DNA of 64,000 nucleotides, from positions 576,001 through 640,000 of the forward strand of contig JBJBDL010000003.1 of assembly GCA_047285305.1 (NCBI GenBank), written 5' to 3'. This DNA comes from Synechococcus sp. (GTDB lineage: Bacteria > Cyanobacteriota > Cyanobacteriia > PCC-6307 > Cyanobiaceae). Shown in pieces: positions 45,713-56,323 of the stretch. Numbering within the stretch: the first letter of the stretch is position 1; each line of letters begins with the position of its first letter. Made by a program: the position numbers and the translations under genes. The notes beneath the pieces were generated by a model. The model searched no databases. It was given only the letters and a program-made list of their open reading frames with translations, and had not been told where the DNA came from.

Positions 45713-46789
45713 TCAGGCCACCAGCGTATGAAGCAAGCCGGCCAGTCGCCGTTCGGCATCCCGTTCCTCCAAGGCAGCCATCCCTTCACGCATCTGGGCG
45801 AGCGGATCGTCTGTAATCCTGGCGTGTCCTAGCCGTGCTGCCAGAAGCCGCTGCACCGTGTTGAACAACACCGGCTGCTCCGGCTCGTGTTGATGCACGA
45901 TCACGGCCGCACCAACCGATGCGGCGCAGACTGCATTGGCCTCCTGGTGCTGGTCTGCCGCCTGCGGGAAGGGCACCAGTACGGCTGGGGTACCGCAGAC
46001 AGCCAGTTCACTGAGGCTGCCGGCCCCCGCGCGGCTGATGGCCAGATCGGCATGTTGCAGCAACCCGGGAATCTCATCGCTGAAGCGGCGTTCCACCAAC
46101 AGTGGATGCCGCAGTTGCTCGATGTTGGGGTCGTTGTCACCGGTGAGCTGCACGACGCGGCAGCCCTGCTCCAAAAGCGCCGGCAGTGCAGCGCGCACCA
46201 TCCGGTTGAGGCCGACGGCGCCTTGACTGCCGCCCATAACCACCAGGAGCGGCCCCTCCCCGGAGGGGACCCAGCCCGGCAGGGGTTGTGGGGCTAGAAA
46301 GCTTGTACGCACTGGTGTGCCCGTCAGCATCGGCTGGCTGCCGGGGATGCGCTTGGCGGCCGCGGGGAGGCCAATAGCCACCGCACTGCAGAAGCGACCC
46401 AGCAAGCGGGTGACCCGCCCCGGGATGGCATTGGATTCATGCAGTACCACGGGAATGCCGCACCAACGCGCCGCCAGGATCGCGGGGGCGGCGATGTAGC
46501 CGCCAGTGGTGAACACCACATCGATCGAGTTTCGGCGGATCACCCGCCGCACGCTGATGCTGGCCAGCAACAGCCGCAGCAGCTGCAGCAGTTTGGTGAG
46601 TCCGCGTCCTTGCAGCCCACCGGCGTTCACGCAAACCAAACCAAAACGCTTCGGCACCAGCTGCGTTTCGAGCCGATCGGGCACCCCCAGCCAGCGCACG
46701 GGCCACTGACTTTCAACGGCTTCCGCAACTGCCAGGGCGGGAAAGAGATGGCCGCCGGTGCCGCTGGCGGCGATCAGAAGCCGGGTCAT
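45713..46789 (-). CDS. murG: undecaprenyldiphospho-muramoylpentapeptide N-acetylglucosaminyltransferase
   Basis: [42 protein letters not shown]. Confidence 0.97.
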   Translation of the reverse strand: MTRLLIAASGTGGHLFPALAVAEAVESQWPVRWLGVPDRLETQLVPKRFGLVCVNAGGLQGRGLTKLLQLLRLLLASISVRRVIRRNSIDVVFTTGGYIAAPAILAARWCGIPVVLHESNAIPGRVTRLLGRFCSAVAIGLPAAAKRIPGSQPMLTGTPVRTSFLAPQPLPGWVPSGEGPLLVVMGGSQGAVGLNRMVRAALPALLEQGCRVVQLTGDNDPNIEQLRHPLLVERRFSDEIPGLLQHADLAISRAGAGSLSELAVCGTPAVLVPFPQAADQHQEANAVCAASVGAAVIVHQHEPEQPVLFNTVQRLLAARLGHARITDDPLAQMREGMAALEERDAERRLAGLLHTLVA

Positions 46790-46832
46790 CGCGTCGGCCG
46801 TCACCGCACACCAGGCCTAACTTAATTGTGTT

Positions 46833-47585
46833 GTGGTGGTCTGGCCCGTGCGTCGTTTCCTGGGAGTCACGCTCGTCTCGGCCATGGCATTAGTTCTGTC
46901 ACCGGTTCAAGCCCTTGGTCAGTCCGGACCCGAGTGCAGTGCCGTGGCACGTTTTGGCGATCGCCTGCAAACGGTGTTGAACAGCGGCAGCTCTGCGGTC
47001 TTTGACACGCTGGCCAGCGTTGAGCTGCAGCCTGTTTTGGCCCAGCGCCTGGAGCGATTCCGGCAGGATTTTCCCGAGGTCACCTGGCAGGTGAAGCCCG
47101 CAGCACCCACACCAGATGGCCGTCCAACCCTCAGCCTGCAGGTGCGGGGTGCTGCCGAATCCCAGGGGCTCAGCTATTACCTTGAGGCCAGCCAACAGAT
47201 CGCGATTCGTCTGGACAATGGCCAGCTCGTAGAGCAAGAACTGCTGGCCCAGCAGTCCTTGCTGCGCAGTGGTGAGCGCCCCTTGGCGGTCGACGTCGCC
47301 ATCCCCGACGTGGTGCTCACCGGCAGTCGTTACGACGTCGACTTGATCGTTGAAAAACCGCTAGGCCAGGCCCTGGTGGCGGGCGGTTTGATCGACCTCA
47401 CGGATGAGCAGCTGTCGGCTCAGAAGCGCCCCAACCTGCCGTTGTCGCCTCAGGCTGGGGGTGGATTGTTCAAAAGCGTACAGGCGCCGCAGCAACCCGG
47501 TTCGCAGACCTGGGCCGTGATGCTGGTGCATCCCGATGGCGTGGTGACGGCTACCAAACGGGTGCGCGTGGTCAGCAACTACTAG
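46833..47585 (+). CDS. conserved cyanobacterial exported protein (NTF2/SnoaL-like N-terminal region)
   Basis: Signal-peptide-like N-terminus; GSRYDVDLIVEKPL, AGGGLFKSVQAP; start could be GTG 46848. Confidence 0.7.
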   Translation: MVVWPVRRFLGVTLVSAMALVLSPVQALGQSGPECSAVARFGDRLQTVLNSGSSAVFDTLASVELQPVLAQRLERFRQDFPEVTWQVKPAAPTPDGRPTLSLQVRGAAESQGLSYYLEASQQIAIRLDNGQLVEQELLAQQSLLRSGERPLAVDVAIPDVVLTGSRYDVDLIVEKPLGQALVAGGLIDLTDEQLSAQKRPNLPLSPQAGGGLFKSVQAPQQPGSQTWAVMLVHPDGVVTATKRVRVVSNY

Positions 47586-48469
47586 CTCCGCTGTCTCGTT
47601 TGGTTCCAGCGGTGCAGGGCGGACACGTCCTCATCGCCGTGGCCGTTCTGGATCAGATCCAGTTCCAGCTGTTCCACCAGCGTTGTGACGGGGAGATCCA
47701 GCTGGACGGCCTTGGCTGCATCGAGGGCGATGCCGAGATCCTTGCGATGCAGGCTCAGCCGGAAGCCGAGGGGATAGCTGCCCTCCAGCATGGCGATGCT
47801 GCGATGTTCGAGGGCCCAGGAGCTGGCTGCACCGTTCTGGAGGGCGTCGATCACCTGGGGCATGGGCAGCTTCAAACGCTGGCCGAGGGCCACCGCCTCC
47901 GCTACGGCGGCATAGCTGCCCGCCACCAGCACCTGGTTCACCGCTTTCACCTGCTGCCCTCGCCCCACGCCGCCGAAGTGATGAATGGAGCCGCCAATCA
48001 CCTCGAGGATGGGCCGAACCCGCTCCAGAAGATCGCTGGTGCCCCCCGCCAGCACCGTGAGGCTGCCGCGTTTGGCCCCTTCCGTGCCGCCAGTGACTGG
48101 TGCATCTATGTAATGGACGTTCTGGTGAGCCAGCCGCTCCGCACAGTGTTGGGCTGTGGCGGGTGAAATGGTGGAGCAATCCAGAACCACGCTGCCGATG
48201 CCCAGCTGTGATGAGGCCCCGTTGGCTCCGAACAGCACCTCCTCAACGGCTGCATCGTCGCTGACGCAAAGCAGCAGCACATCCACGCCGGTGCTCGCTT
48301 CGGCTGGGCTGGAACATGGCGTTGCACCCTCGAGCTCCGGATTGGTTTCGGCTTTGCGGCTGCGGGTGTGCACCCGCAGTGGAAAGCCAGCCTTATCCAG
48401 GTTGATCGCCATGGGCAAGCCGAGTGCCCCCAGCCCCACGAAGCCCAGGCTCATATCACCTTTGGTCAT
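47582..48469 (-). CDS. NAD(P)-dependent oxidoreductase, beta-hydroxyacid dehydrogenase family
   Basis: GFVGLGALGLPMA, DAPVTGG, KAVNQ, LHRKDL. Confidence 0.92.
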   Translation of the reverse strand: MTKGDMSLGFVGLGALGLPMAINLDKAGFPLRVHTRSRKAETNPELEGATPCSSPAEASTGVDVLLLCVSDDAAVEEVLFGANGASSQLGIGSVVLDCSTISPATAQHCAERLAHQNVHYIDAPVTGGTEGAKRGSLTVLAGGTSDLLERVRPILEVIGGSIHHFGGVGRGQQVKAVNQVLVAGSYAAVAEAVALGQRLKLPMPQVIDALQNGAASSWALEHRSIAMLEGSYPLGFRLSLHRKDLGIALDAAKAVQLDLPVTTLVEQLELDLIQNGHGDEDVSALHRWNQTRQRS

Positions 48470-48532
48470 GACGCATGGCGAAGAATTGGGATCCTGATCG
48501 ACGGATGCTCTGTAGCCGTGCCTTCAGGACAT

Positions 48533-48571
48533 AAAAAATCCCGGAAGCTCCCTTTGAGGGACCACCGGGAT
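48533..48571 (-). terminator. rho-independent terminator (pgk)
   Basis: Minus strand ATCCCGG..TCCCT-CAA-AGGGA..CCGGGAT-TTTTT. Confidence 0.7.
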
Positions 48572-48612
48572 GAGATCGATGAAGGCCTGTAGTCCCAAGC
48601 CTGAGCGGCTGA

Positions 48613-49818
48613 TCAGGCGGCGTCAAGGGCAGCCACGCCGGGCAGCACCTTGCCTTCCAGCAGTTCGAGGCTGGCGCCGCCGCCGGTTGAGATATGCGAC
48701 ATCTTTTCTGCCAGGCCAGCCTTCTCGACAGCAGCCACGGAGTCACCACCACCGATGATCGTGCAGCAGCCCTTACCACTCAGGTCGGCCAGGGTGGTGG
48801 CGATGGCGTTGGTGCCAGCAGCGAACTTGTCGAACTCGAACACGCCCATGGGGCCGTTCCAGATCACGGTTTGACAGTCAGCCAGGGCGTCCTGGAACAC
48901 CTTGATCGAGTCGGGGCCGATGTCCAGACCCATCCACCCATCGGGGATGGCATTGATGTCAGCGATCTGGCTGTTGGCATCGGGGGCGAAGTTGTCGGCC
49001 AGCACCACGTCGGTGGGCAGCAGCAGCTGCACGCCCTTGGCCTTGGCCTTGGCCTCGAGCTCCTTGGCCAGTTCCAGCTTGTCTTCTTCCACCAGGCTCT
49101 TGCCCACCGAGAGGCCGCGGGCCTTGTAGAAGGTGAAGATCATGCCGCCGCCGATCAGCACCTTGTCGCACTTGTCGATCAGGGCTTCGAGCACGCCGAT
49201 CTTGGAGCTCACCTTGGAGCCGCCGACGATGGCAGCCAGGGGACGCTTGGGCTCATCCACAGCACCCTGCAGGTACTGCAGCTCCTTCTCCATCAGGAAG
49301 CCGGCGACGGAGGGCTTGAGGAACTTGGTCACGCCCTCGGTGGAGGCGTGGGCGCGGTGGGCGGCGCCGAAGGCGTCGTTCACGTACACATCAGCCAAGC
49401 CCGCGAGCTTCTCAGCGAAACCAGCTTCGTTTTTTTCTTCTTCAGCAAAAAAGCGCACGTTCTCCAACAGCACCACATCGCCATTGGCCATGGCGCCCAC
49501 CTTGGCTTCGGCATCGGGGCCGATGCAGCTGTCGGTCTTGGCCACGGGTTTGCCCAGCAGTTCGCTTAGGCGAGCAGACACGGGGGTGAGACGCATGGCG
49601 TCATTCACCTGGCCCTTGGGACGACCGAAGTGAGCGGACAGGATTACCTTGGCGCCCTTGCCGATCAGGTCGTTGATCGTGGGCAGGGCGGCACGGATGC
49701 GGGTGTCGTCGGTGATGGCACCCGCATCGTTCAGGGGCACGTTGAAGTCAACCCGCACGAGAACGCGTTTGCCGCTCAGGTCGCCGGCGTTGAGGCTGGC
49801 CAGGGAACGCTTCGCCAT
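48613..49818 (-). CDS. pgk: phosphoglycerate kinase
   Basis: [38 protein letters not shown]. Confidence 0.99.
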   Translation of the reverse strand: MAKRSLASLNAGDLSGKRVLVRVDFNVPLNDAGAITDDTRIRAALPTINDLIGKGAKVILSAHFGRPKGQVNDAMRLTPVSARLSELLGKPVAKTDSCIGPDAEAKVGAMANGDVVLLENVRFFAEEEKNEAGFAEKLAGLADVYVNDAFGAAHRAHASTEGVTKFLKPSVAGFLMEKELQYLQGAVDEPKRPLAAIVGGSKVSSKIGVLEALIDKCDKVLIGGGMIFTFYKARGLSVGKSLVEEDKLELAKELEAKAKAKGVQLLLPTDVVLADNFAPDANSQIADINAIPDGWMGLDIGPDSIKVFQDALADCQTVIWNGPMGVFEFDKFAAGTNAIATTLADLSGKGCCTIIGGGDSVAAVEKAGLAEKMSHISTGGGASLELLEGKVLPGVAALDAA

Positions 49819-49936
49819 AGGGTTGTGTCATGCGGTAAGAAAACGGGGTGAGGTTAACCCGTGTGAATGGCGATGGGGCCAGCGCTTTCAAAGTGAATTT
49901 GATTCGGCTGGCCTTCTGTTCTGTGCGTTTGCGTTC

Positions 49937-50803
49937 GTGAGCACCCCAACGATTCAGTGGTATCCCGGCCACATCGCCAAGGCGGAGCAGCAGCTCAAGC
50001 GCCATCTCGACAAGGTGGATCTGGTGATCGAGGTGCGTGATGCCCGCATTCCTCTGGCCACGGGCCACCCCCATCTCAACCGCTGGTTGAAGGGCAAGCA
50101 GCATCTTTTGGTGATCAACCGGCGCGACATGGTCACTGCCGCTGCGAAGGAGGCCTGGGAGGCCTGGTTCAAGGTTCAGGGGCAGCGCACGGTCTGGTGC
50201 GATGCCAAGGCCGGGACCGGCGTGAAGCAGGTGCAGCAGGCCGCGATTCGTGCTGGCGACCAGCTCAACGAACGCCGCCGCAACCGGGGCATGCGGCCCA
50301 GGCCGGTGCGGGCGCTCACCCTGGGCTTTCCCAATGTGGGCAAGTCGGCCCTGATCAACCGCCTTGTGCGGCAGAAGGTGGTGGCCAGTGCCCGGCGGGC
50401 CGGGGTGACGCGCACCCTGCGCTGGGTGCGTCTGGGGCAAGACCTCGATCTCCTTGATGCGCCTGGCGTGCTGCCCCCTCGTCTTGATGACCAGCAGGCG
50501 GCCCTGCGGCTGGCCTTTTGCGACGACATCGGCCAGGCCGCCTACGACGGTGAACTGGTGGCTCAGGCCTTCCTGCAGTTGCTGCTGGATGTGGCATCGC
50601 AGGCTGCGGCCGGGGTGACGATTCCGCTGCTGCAGGAGCGTTACGGCATCCCCCTGAGCGGTGAAACGGCCGACCCGGCTCTCTGGCTGGTTGCCGCAGC
50701 GGCCCGCCACACCTCCGGTGAGACAGCGCGCATGGCCCAGCGGTTGCTGGATGATTTCCGCAAGTCCGCTCTCGGCAGCATCGCCCTGGAGCTGCCGGCA
50801 TGA
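49937..50803 (+). CDS. rbgA: ribosome biogenesis GTPase YlqF/RbgA
   Basis: IQWYPGHIAKA, DARIP, GFPNVGKS, DAPG; GTG start at 49937. Confidence 0.95.
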   Translation: MSTPTIQWYPGHIAKAEQQLKRHLDKVDLVIEVRDARIPLATGHPHLNRWLKGKQHLLVINRRDMVTAAAKEAWEAWFKVQGQRTVWCDAKAGTGVKQVQQAAIRAGDQLNERRRNRGMRPRPVRALTLGFPNVGKSALINRLVRQKVVASARRAGVTRTLRWVRLGQDLDLLDAPGVLPPRLDDQQAALRLAFCDDIGQAAYDGELVAQAFLQLLLDVASQAAAGVTIPLLQERYGIPLSGETADPALWLVAAAARHTSGETARMAQRLLDDFRKSALGSIALELPA

Positions 50804-51801
50804 GTCCGCAGTGGAAACGTCCTCCATTGCCGGAGGAGACCTTCACGGATCGGTTTGGTGAAGGGGAGGGAGAGCTGCTGAAGCTGGCCTATCCCAAGCC
50901 CTTGCCGATGCGACTGGACCGTTGGCTGGTGAGCCAGCGCACAGAGCAGAGCCGGGCCCGGATTCAGAAGTTCATCGATGCGGGCTATGTGCGCGTCAAC
51001 GGCAAGACCGGCAAGGCCAAAACCCCCTTGCGCCAGGGCGATGAGGTGCAGCTCTGGATGCCGCCACCGGAACCGCTGCCTTACCTCAAGCCGGAGCCGA
51101 TGGATCTTGATGTGTTGTTTGAGGACGACCACCTGATCGTGCTCAACAAGCCGGCCGGGCTCACGGTGCATCCGGCGCCGGGCAACAAGGACGGCACCCT
51201 GGTGAACGGTCTGCTGCATCACTGTCCGGATCTGCCCGGCATCAGCGGCAAGCTGCGCCCGGGGATCGTGCACCGTCTCGATAAAGACACCACCGGCTGC
51301 ATCGTGATCGCCAAGAGCCAGGAGGCTCTGGTGCGGCTGCAGGTGCAGATCCAGAAACGGATCGCTTCACGGGAATACTTCGCCGTCGTCCATGGCGTGC
51401 CCGGCGGCGACTCCGGCACGATCGTCGGGGCGATTGGCCGTCATCCGGCGGATCGCAAGAAGTACGCGGTGGTGAGCAGCGAAAACGGCCGTTACGCCTG
51501 CACCCACTGGACCCTGGTGGAGCGTCTCGGCGACTACTCCCTGCTGCGTTTCAAGCTCGACACCGGGCGGACCCATCAGATCCGCGTCCACTGTGCTCAT
51601 ATGAACCACCCGGTGGTGGGTGACCCCACCTACAGCCGCTGCCGCAAGTTGCCGATCGAGCTGCCCGGCCAGGCCCTGCATGCCGTGCAGTTGGGGCTCG
51701 AACATCCGATTACCCGCGAGCGGATGGTGTTCGAAGCTCCCCTTCCTACGGTGATGGAGAAGTTGCTGGGGGTGTTGAGGCGCCGCGCCGCATCGGGCTG
51801 A
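50800..51801 (+). CDS. rluD: RluA/RluD family 23S rRNA pseudouridine synthase
   Basis: S4 domain RLDRWL, GIVHRLDKDTTG, TGRTHQIRVH. Confidence 0.92.
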   Translation: MSPQWKRPPLPEETFTDRFGEGEGELLKLAYPKPLPMRLDRWLVSQRTEQSRARIQKFIDAGYVRVNGKTGKAKTPLRQGDEVQLWMPPPEPLPYLKPEPMDLDVLFEDDHLIVLNKPAGLTVHPAPGNKDGTLVNGLLHHCPDLPGISGKLRPGIVHRLDKDTTGCIVIAKSQEALVRLQVQIQKRIASREYFAVVHGVPGGDSGTIVGAIGRHPADRKKYAVVSSENGRYACTHWTLVERLGDYSLLRFKLDTGRTHQIRVHCAHMNHPVVGDPTYSRCRKLPIELPGQALHAVQLGLEHPITRERMVFEAPLPTVMEKLLGVLRRRAASG

Positions 51802-51805
51802 GGGC

Positions 51806-53401
51806 TTAACGGGGCAGCCTTGGGCAGGCCTCCACGAGGGTGCGGCTGATCGGCGCCTGAGGCGCCATGAAGATCCGGTCCCCTGGTCCCTCTTCAACCA
51901 CTTTCCCCTTGTCCAGCACCATCACCCGGTGACAGAAACCACTGGCTACCGAGAGGTCGTGGGTGATGAACACGATCGCCAGGCCCAGCTCCTGCTGCAG
52001 CTCCCGTAGCAGTGCCAGCACATCCGCCTGCACTTCCGCATCGAGCATGCTGACGCTCTCATCGCAGATCAGCACCTTGGGCTTCAAGGCCAGGGCGCGG
52101 GCGATCGCCACCCGCTGCTGCTGGCCGCCGGAGAGCTGTTTAGGCAGGCGATCTTGAAACTGCTCAGCCGGGCTGAGGCCGACCCGTTCCAAGAGGCGGC
52201 GGGCTTCCTGACGGGATGTCGCTTTCGAGCAGAGGCCATGGATCAGCAAGGGATCGGCGATGGCATCGGCCACCTGCAGGGCGGGATTGAGGCAGGCCAG
52301 AGGGTCCTGAAACACCATCTGGAGGGACCGGCGGGCTGTCCGCAGCGCCTCTCCACGCAGGCTCAGCAGGTCCTGGCCCAGCAGGTCGACCCGCCCCCCA
52401 CGGATGGGATTGAGCCCCATCAAAGCCCGGCAGAGGGTGCTTTTCCCGCAGCCGGAGGCCCCCACCACACCCAGGCTTTCCCCGGCTCTGAGCTCGAAAC
52501 TCACGCCATCCACAGCCTTCAGCCAGAGGGGTGCCCAAGGTGCGCCCCCCACGGCATGCCAGCAGCGCATCTCCTCCACCCGCAGCACGCTGCAGTTGTC
52601 AGGACGTGCCGGTGATCGTCCCCCTTCCCGGGCCTGGGCGGAGGCCACCAGCCTTTGCCCCACCGGCGACTGCGGCCGGGTGAGCAACTGATGGCTGGGG
52701 CCCTCCTCCACCTTGCGTCCGCCGTCGAGCATGGCCATGCGCTCGCACCAGCGGGAGGCCATGGCCAGGTCGTGGCTGATCAGCAGCAGGGCACTGCCCA
52801 GTTCCTGGCAGAGGCCGCTGAGTTCCGCCATCACCTGCCCGGCCACCGCCACATCCAGACTGGTGGTGGGCTCATCGGCGATCAGCAGCGGTGGTTCCAG
52901 GGCAATCGCCAGGGCAATGGCCAGGCGCTGTCGCATCCCACCACTGAGCTCATGGGGGTAGGCGCGGATGCGGTTGGCCCCAATGCCCACCTGTTCCAGC
53001 AGCTCACGGGCCCGTTCTTGGTGAGCTGCTGAACTGGTGTTAGGTCGGTGGGCCCTGAGGGTGTCGATCAGATGGCCGCCCACGCTCATCAGCGGATTCA
53101 TCCGCGTCATCGGGTCCTGGAACACCAGACCCACGGCTTCACCCCGCAGCTGCCGCAACTGCGGTCGCCTGAGTTGGCGTGGATCCTGGCCAGTCAAGGC
53201 CAGCCGTCCTTCACAGATCGTTCCCTGGGGCAGCAGCTGCATCACAGCCCGCGCCACTGTGCTTTTGCCGCAGCCCGAAGATCCCACCAAGGCCAGGGTC
53301 TCTCCTGGCTTGAGGCTCAGATTCAGCCCATCCAGCGTCCAGGAGTCGCTGCCGGGATAGCGCAACCGCAGCTGTTCGAGTTCCAGAACAGGCCGGCCCA
53401 T
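51806..53401 (-). CDS. peptide/nickel ABC transporter ATP-binding protein (fused DppD/DppF-like)
   Basis: Two ABC domains: GSSGCGKS / LSGGMRQR and GASGCGKS / LSGGQQQR; start placed at ATG 53401. Confidence 0.93.
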   Translation of the reverse strand: MGRPVLELEQLRLRYPGSDSWTLDGLNLSLKPGETLALVGSSGCGKSTVARAVMQLLPQGTICEGRLALTGQDPRQLRRPQLRQLRGEAVGLVFQDPMTRMNPLMSVGGHLIDTLRAHRPNTSSAAHQERARELLEQVGIGANRIRAYPHELSGGMRQRLAIALAIALEPPLLIADEPTTSLDVAVAGQVMAELSGLCQELGSALLLISHDLAMASRWCERMAMLDGGRKVEEGPSHQLLTRPQSPVGQRLVASAQAREGGRSPARPDNCSVLRVEEMRCWHAVGGAPWAPLWLKAVDGVSFELRAGESLGVVGASGCGKSTLCRALMGLNPIRGGRVDLLGQDLLSLRGEALRTARRSLQMVFQDPLACLNPALQVADAIADPLLIHGLCSKATSRQEARRLLERVGLSPAEQFQDRLPKQLSGGQQQRVAIARALALKPKVLICDESVSMLDAEVQADVLALLRELQQELGLAIVFITHDLSVASGFCHRVMVLDKGKVVEEGPGDRIFMAPQAPISRTLVEACPRLPR

Positions 53402-53465
53402 GAACAGTGCTGCGTGAGCGACAGGGGGTCCTGCACTGAATACCATGGATTGACCCGAGGGTCGG

Positions 53466-55799
53466 ATGCTCAACGCTGCCTCCACACCCAAAGAGCCCCG
53501 AACCAGCACGGGTTCGGCCACTGCGGGCTGCGCGTTGCCCGAAGTAAGGCGCCATCCCGTCCGCCATCCGGACGATTACGGCATTGCTCTGCCGGACTGG
53601 TTGAGGGAGTGCATCGCCAATGTGCCGCCTGGCATTGGCCAGAGCTGCCCCACCGATGCCGAGGCGCTGCTGGTGTCGGCCTTTGATTTCGGCTTTCAGC
53701 TCCACGAAGGCCAGTTCCGCGTCAGTGGAGACCCTTACATCGTCCATCCGGTGGCGGTGGCTGATCTGTTGCGGGACATCGGCGCCAGCGCCCCGGTGAT
53801 CGCCGCAGGTTTCCTCCACGACGTGGTTGAAGACACAGACGTCACCCCCGATCAGATCGAGCTCCATTTCGGTTCCGAGGTGCGTGAGCTGGTGGAGGGG
53901 GTCACCAAGCTCGGCGGCATCCACTTCAACGACCGTACGGAAGCTCAGGCGGAGAATCTGCGTCGGATGTTCCTGGCGATGGCCAGCGACATCCGTGTGG
54001 TGTTGGTGAAGCTGGCCGACCGCTTGCACAACATGCGCACCCTGGGTGCGTTGAAGGAGGAAAAGCGTCAGCGGATAGCCCGCGAAACTCGTGAGATCTA
54101 TGCCCCCCTGGCCAACCGCCTCGGCATCGGTCGGTTCAAGTGGGAGCTGGAGGATCTGGCCTTCAAATTGCTGGAACCGGAGGCCTTCCGGGAGATTCAG
54201 GAGGAGGTGGCCACCAAGCGCAGTGAACGGGAGCAACGGCTCGGAGTCACGGTGGGGCTGCTGAATGAGCGGTTGGAACGTGCCGGCCTAGAGCACTGCG
54301 AGGTGAGTGGTCGCCCCAAACATCTGTTTGGCATCTGGAGCAAGATGCAGCGCCAGCAGAAGGAGTTCCATGAGATTTACGACGTGGCGGCGTTGCGGAT
54401 CCTCACCCCCAATGTCGAGAGCTGTTATCGCGCCCTCGCGGTGGTTCACGACACTTTCCGCCCGATTCCCGGTCGCTTCAAGGACTACATCGGGTTGCCG
54501 AAACCCAACGGCTACCAATCCCTGCACACGGCGGTGATCGGTCGGCATCGCCCGATCGAAGTGCAGATCCGCACGCTTGAGATGCACCATGTGGCCGAGT
54601 TCGGGATTGCGGCCCACTGGAAATACAAGGAAGGCGGCTCACCGGCCAGCAGCGGCAGTGATGCGGAGCGGTTCAACTGGCTGCGGCAGCTGGTGGATTG
54701 GCAGCAGGAAGGCGGCAACGACGATCACAACGACTACCTCTCCTCGATCAAGGAAGACCTTTTCGACGAAGAGGTGTTTGTGTTCACCCCAAAAGGTGAT
54801 GTGCTCGGTTTGCGCAAGGGGGCAACTGGCGTCGACTTCGCTTATCGCATCCACTCCGAGGTGGGCAACCACTGCCATGGCGTTCGCATCAACGATCGGC
54901 TGTGTCCGTTGGCTACGCCGCTTCAGAACGGTGATTTCGTTCAGGTGCTCACCAGCAAAACGGCCCATCCCAGCCTCGATTGGCTGAACTTCGTCGCCAC
55001 GCCGACGGCACGCAACCGCATTCGTCAGTGGTACAAGCGCAGCCACCGTGACGAAACGATTGAACGGGGCAAGGATCTGTTGGAGCGGGAGCTGGGGCGT
55101 GATGGCTTTGATGCCCTGCTCAACAGTGAGGCGATGCAGCGGGTGGCACAGCGCTGCAATGTGCCCACCACTGAAGACCTCCTGGCCTCACTGGGATTTG
55201 GAGACGTCACGCTGCAGCAGGCGCTCAACCGTTTGCGGGAGGAGATGCGTCTGCTGGCGGAACAGCAGCAGGCCCCACCCGGCAACGAAGACGTGGCCGC
55301 GGCGCTGCTGCCATCGCGGGATCTGGCGCCGGACCGTTCCGGAGGCGAAGGGGCGATCCTTGGGCTGGAGGGCTTGGACTACCGCCTCGGTGGCTGCTGC
55401 AGTCCGCTGCCGGGTGAGTTGATCGTGGGCACGGTGGCCCTCGGCAATCACGGCATCACCATTCACCGGCAGGACTGCTCCAACGTGGAGACAATTCCGC
55501 GGGAACGGCGGCTACCCGTGCGCTGGAACACCGCCCATGCCGAACAGGAGAAACAGCGCTTCCCAGTGCAGTTGCGGATCGAAGTGATCGATCGCGTCGG
55601 CATCCTCAAAGACATCCTGCTGCGTCTCTCCGATGGGGCCATCAACGTCAGTGATGCCCGGGTGACTACCGCCGCTGGAAAGCCGGCCCGTATTGATCTG
55701 CGGGTTGAGCTGGAGGGTGCCGATCAGCTCAGCCGCACCATGGACCAGATCCGCTCGATGGCTGATGTGATCGGGATTGCCAGGGTGGGCACGAGCTAG
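53466..55799 (+). CDS. spoT: bifunctional (p)ppGpp synthetase/hydrolase RelA/SpoT
   Basis: HD motif LHDVVED, RFKDYIGLPKPNGYQSLHT, TGS and ACT domains. Confidence 0.96.
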   Translation: MLNAASTPKEPRTSTGSATAGCALPEVRRHPVRHPDDYGIALPDWLRECIANVPPGIGQSCPTDAEALLVSAFDFGFQLHEGQFRVSGDPYIVHPVAVADLLRDIGASAPVIAAGFLHDVVEDTDVTPDQIELHFGSEVRELVEGVTKLGGIHFNDRTEAQAENLRRMFLAMASDIRVVLVKLADRLHNMRTLGALKEEKRQRIARETREIYAPLANRLGIGRFKWELEDLAFKLLEPEAFREIQEEVATKRSEREQRLGVTVGLLNERLERAGLEHCEVSGRPKHLFGIWSKMQRQQKEFHEIYDVAALRILTPNVESCYRALAVVHDTFRPIPGRFKDYIGLPKPNGYQSLHTAVIGRHRPIEVQIRTLEMHHVAEFGIAAHWKYKEGGSPASSGSDAERFNWLRQLVDWQQEGGNDDHNDYLSSIKEDLFDEEVFVFTPKGDVLGLRKGATGVDFAYRIHSEVGNHCHGVRINDRLCPLATPLQNGDFVQVLTSKTAHPSLDWLNFVATPTARNRIRQWYKRSHRDETIERGKDLLERELGRDGFDALLNSEAMQRVAQRCNVPTTEDLLASLGFGDVTLQQALNRLREEMRLLAEQQQAPPGNEDVAAALLPSRDLAPDRSGGEGAILGLEGLDYRLGGCCSPLPGELIVGTVALGNHGITIHRQDCSNVETIPRERRLPVRWNTAHAEQEKQRFPVQLRIEVIDRVGILKDILLRLSDGAINVSDARVTTAAGKPARIDLRVELEGADQLSRTMDQIRSMADVIGIARVGTS

Positions 55800-56269
55800 C
55801 TGCCTCGGCTCACGACAGCACGGGTTTCACGCCGCAGAAACAGGCGGTAGGCCATCCAGCCGCTCACCAGCGCCAACACCATTCCCACAACGGTGGAGCC
55901 GAGCAGGATGCGCTGGCTGAACTCCCACCCCTGGGCCCACAGGCTGCTGCGATTCAGCTCCGAAAGGTTGATCCCGCCTAGGCCGGGTCCCAGCAGTCGG
56001 CAGCCCACCAGATAGTTGAACCAGTAGAGGGGCAGATAGGTGAGGGGATTGCTCACCAGGGTTCCTGCGGCGGCGAGCAGGTGGTTGCCACGCACCACGC
56101 AGGCCACACCCATGCTGAGGAAGATCTGCAGCCCGAAGAAGGGGTAGCAGCCGCAGAACACGCCAGCGGCCAGGCCACGGGCCCGTTGGCCTGGGGTGCC
56201 TTCCTGTCTCCACAACCAGAGGACCCCGCGGCGCAACCGGATGCGACTGAGGCGCAGCAACCGGCGCAT
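55796..56269 (-). CDS. DUF2062 membrane protein
   Basis: TPGQRARGLAAGVFCGCYPFFGLQ, SNPLTYLPLY. Confidence 0.85.
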   Translation of the reverse strand: MRRLLRLSRIRLRRGVLWLWRQEGTPGQRARGLAAGVFCGCYPFFGLQIFLSMGVACVVRGNHLLAAAGTLVSNPLTYLPLYWFNYLVGCRLLGPGLGGINLSELNRSSLWAQGWEFSQRILLGSTVVGMVLALVSGWMAYRLFLRRETRAVVSRGS

Positions 56270-56323
56270 GAACCCAGCAGAAATCGGCTGGATCCTAGGT
56301 ATGGATCACCAGCGGCGACTGCT

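Noticed and set aside
56301..56323. Out-of-frame ATG just upstream of mnmE, suggesting a frameshift
   Set aside because: An in-frame GTG at 56324 precedes the conserved DTIAAVAT, so the gene is complete without invoking a frameshift.
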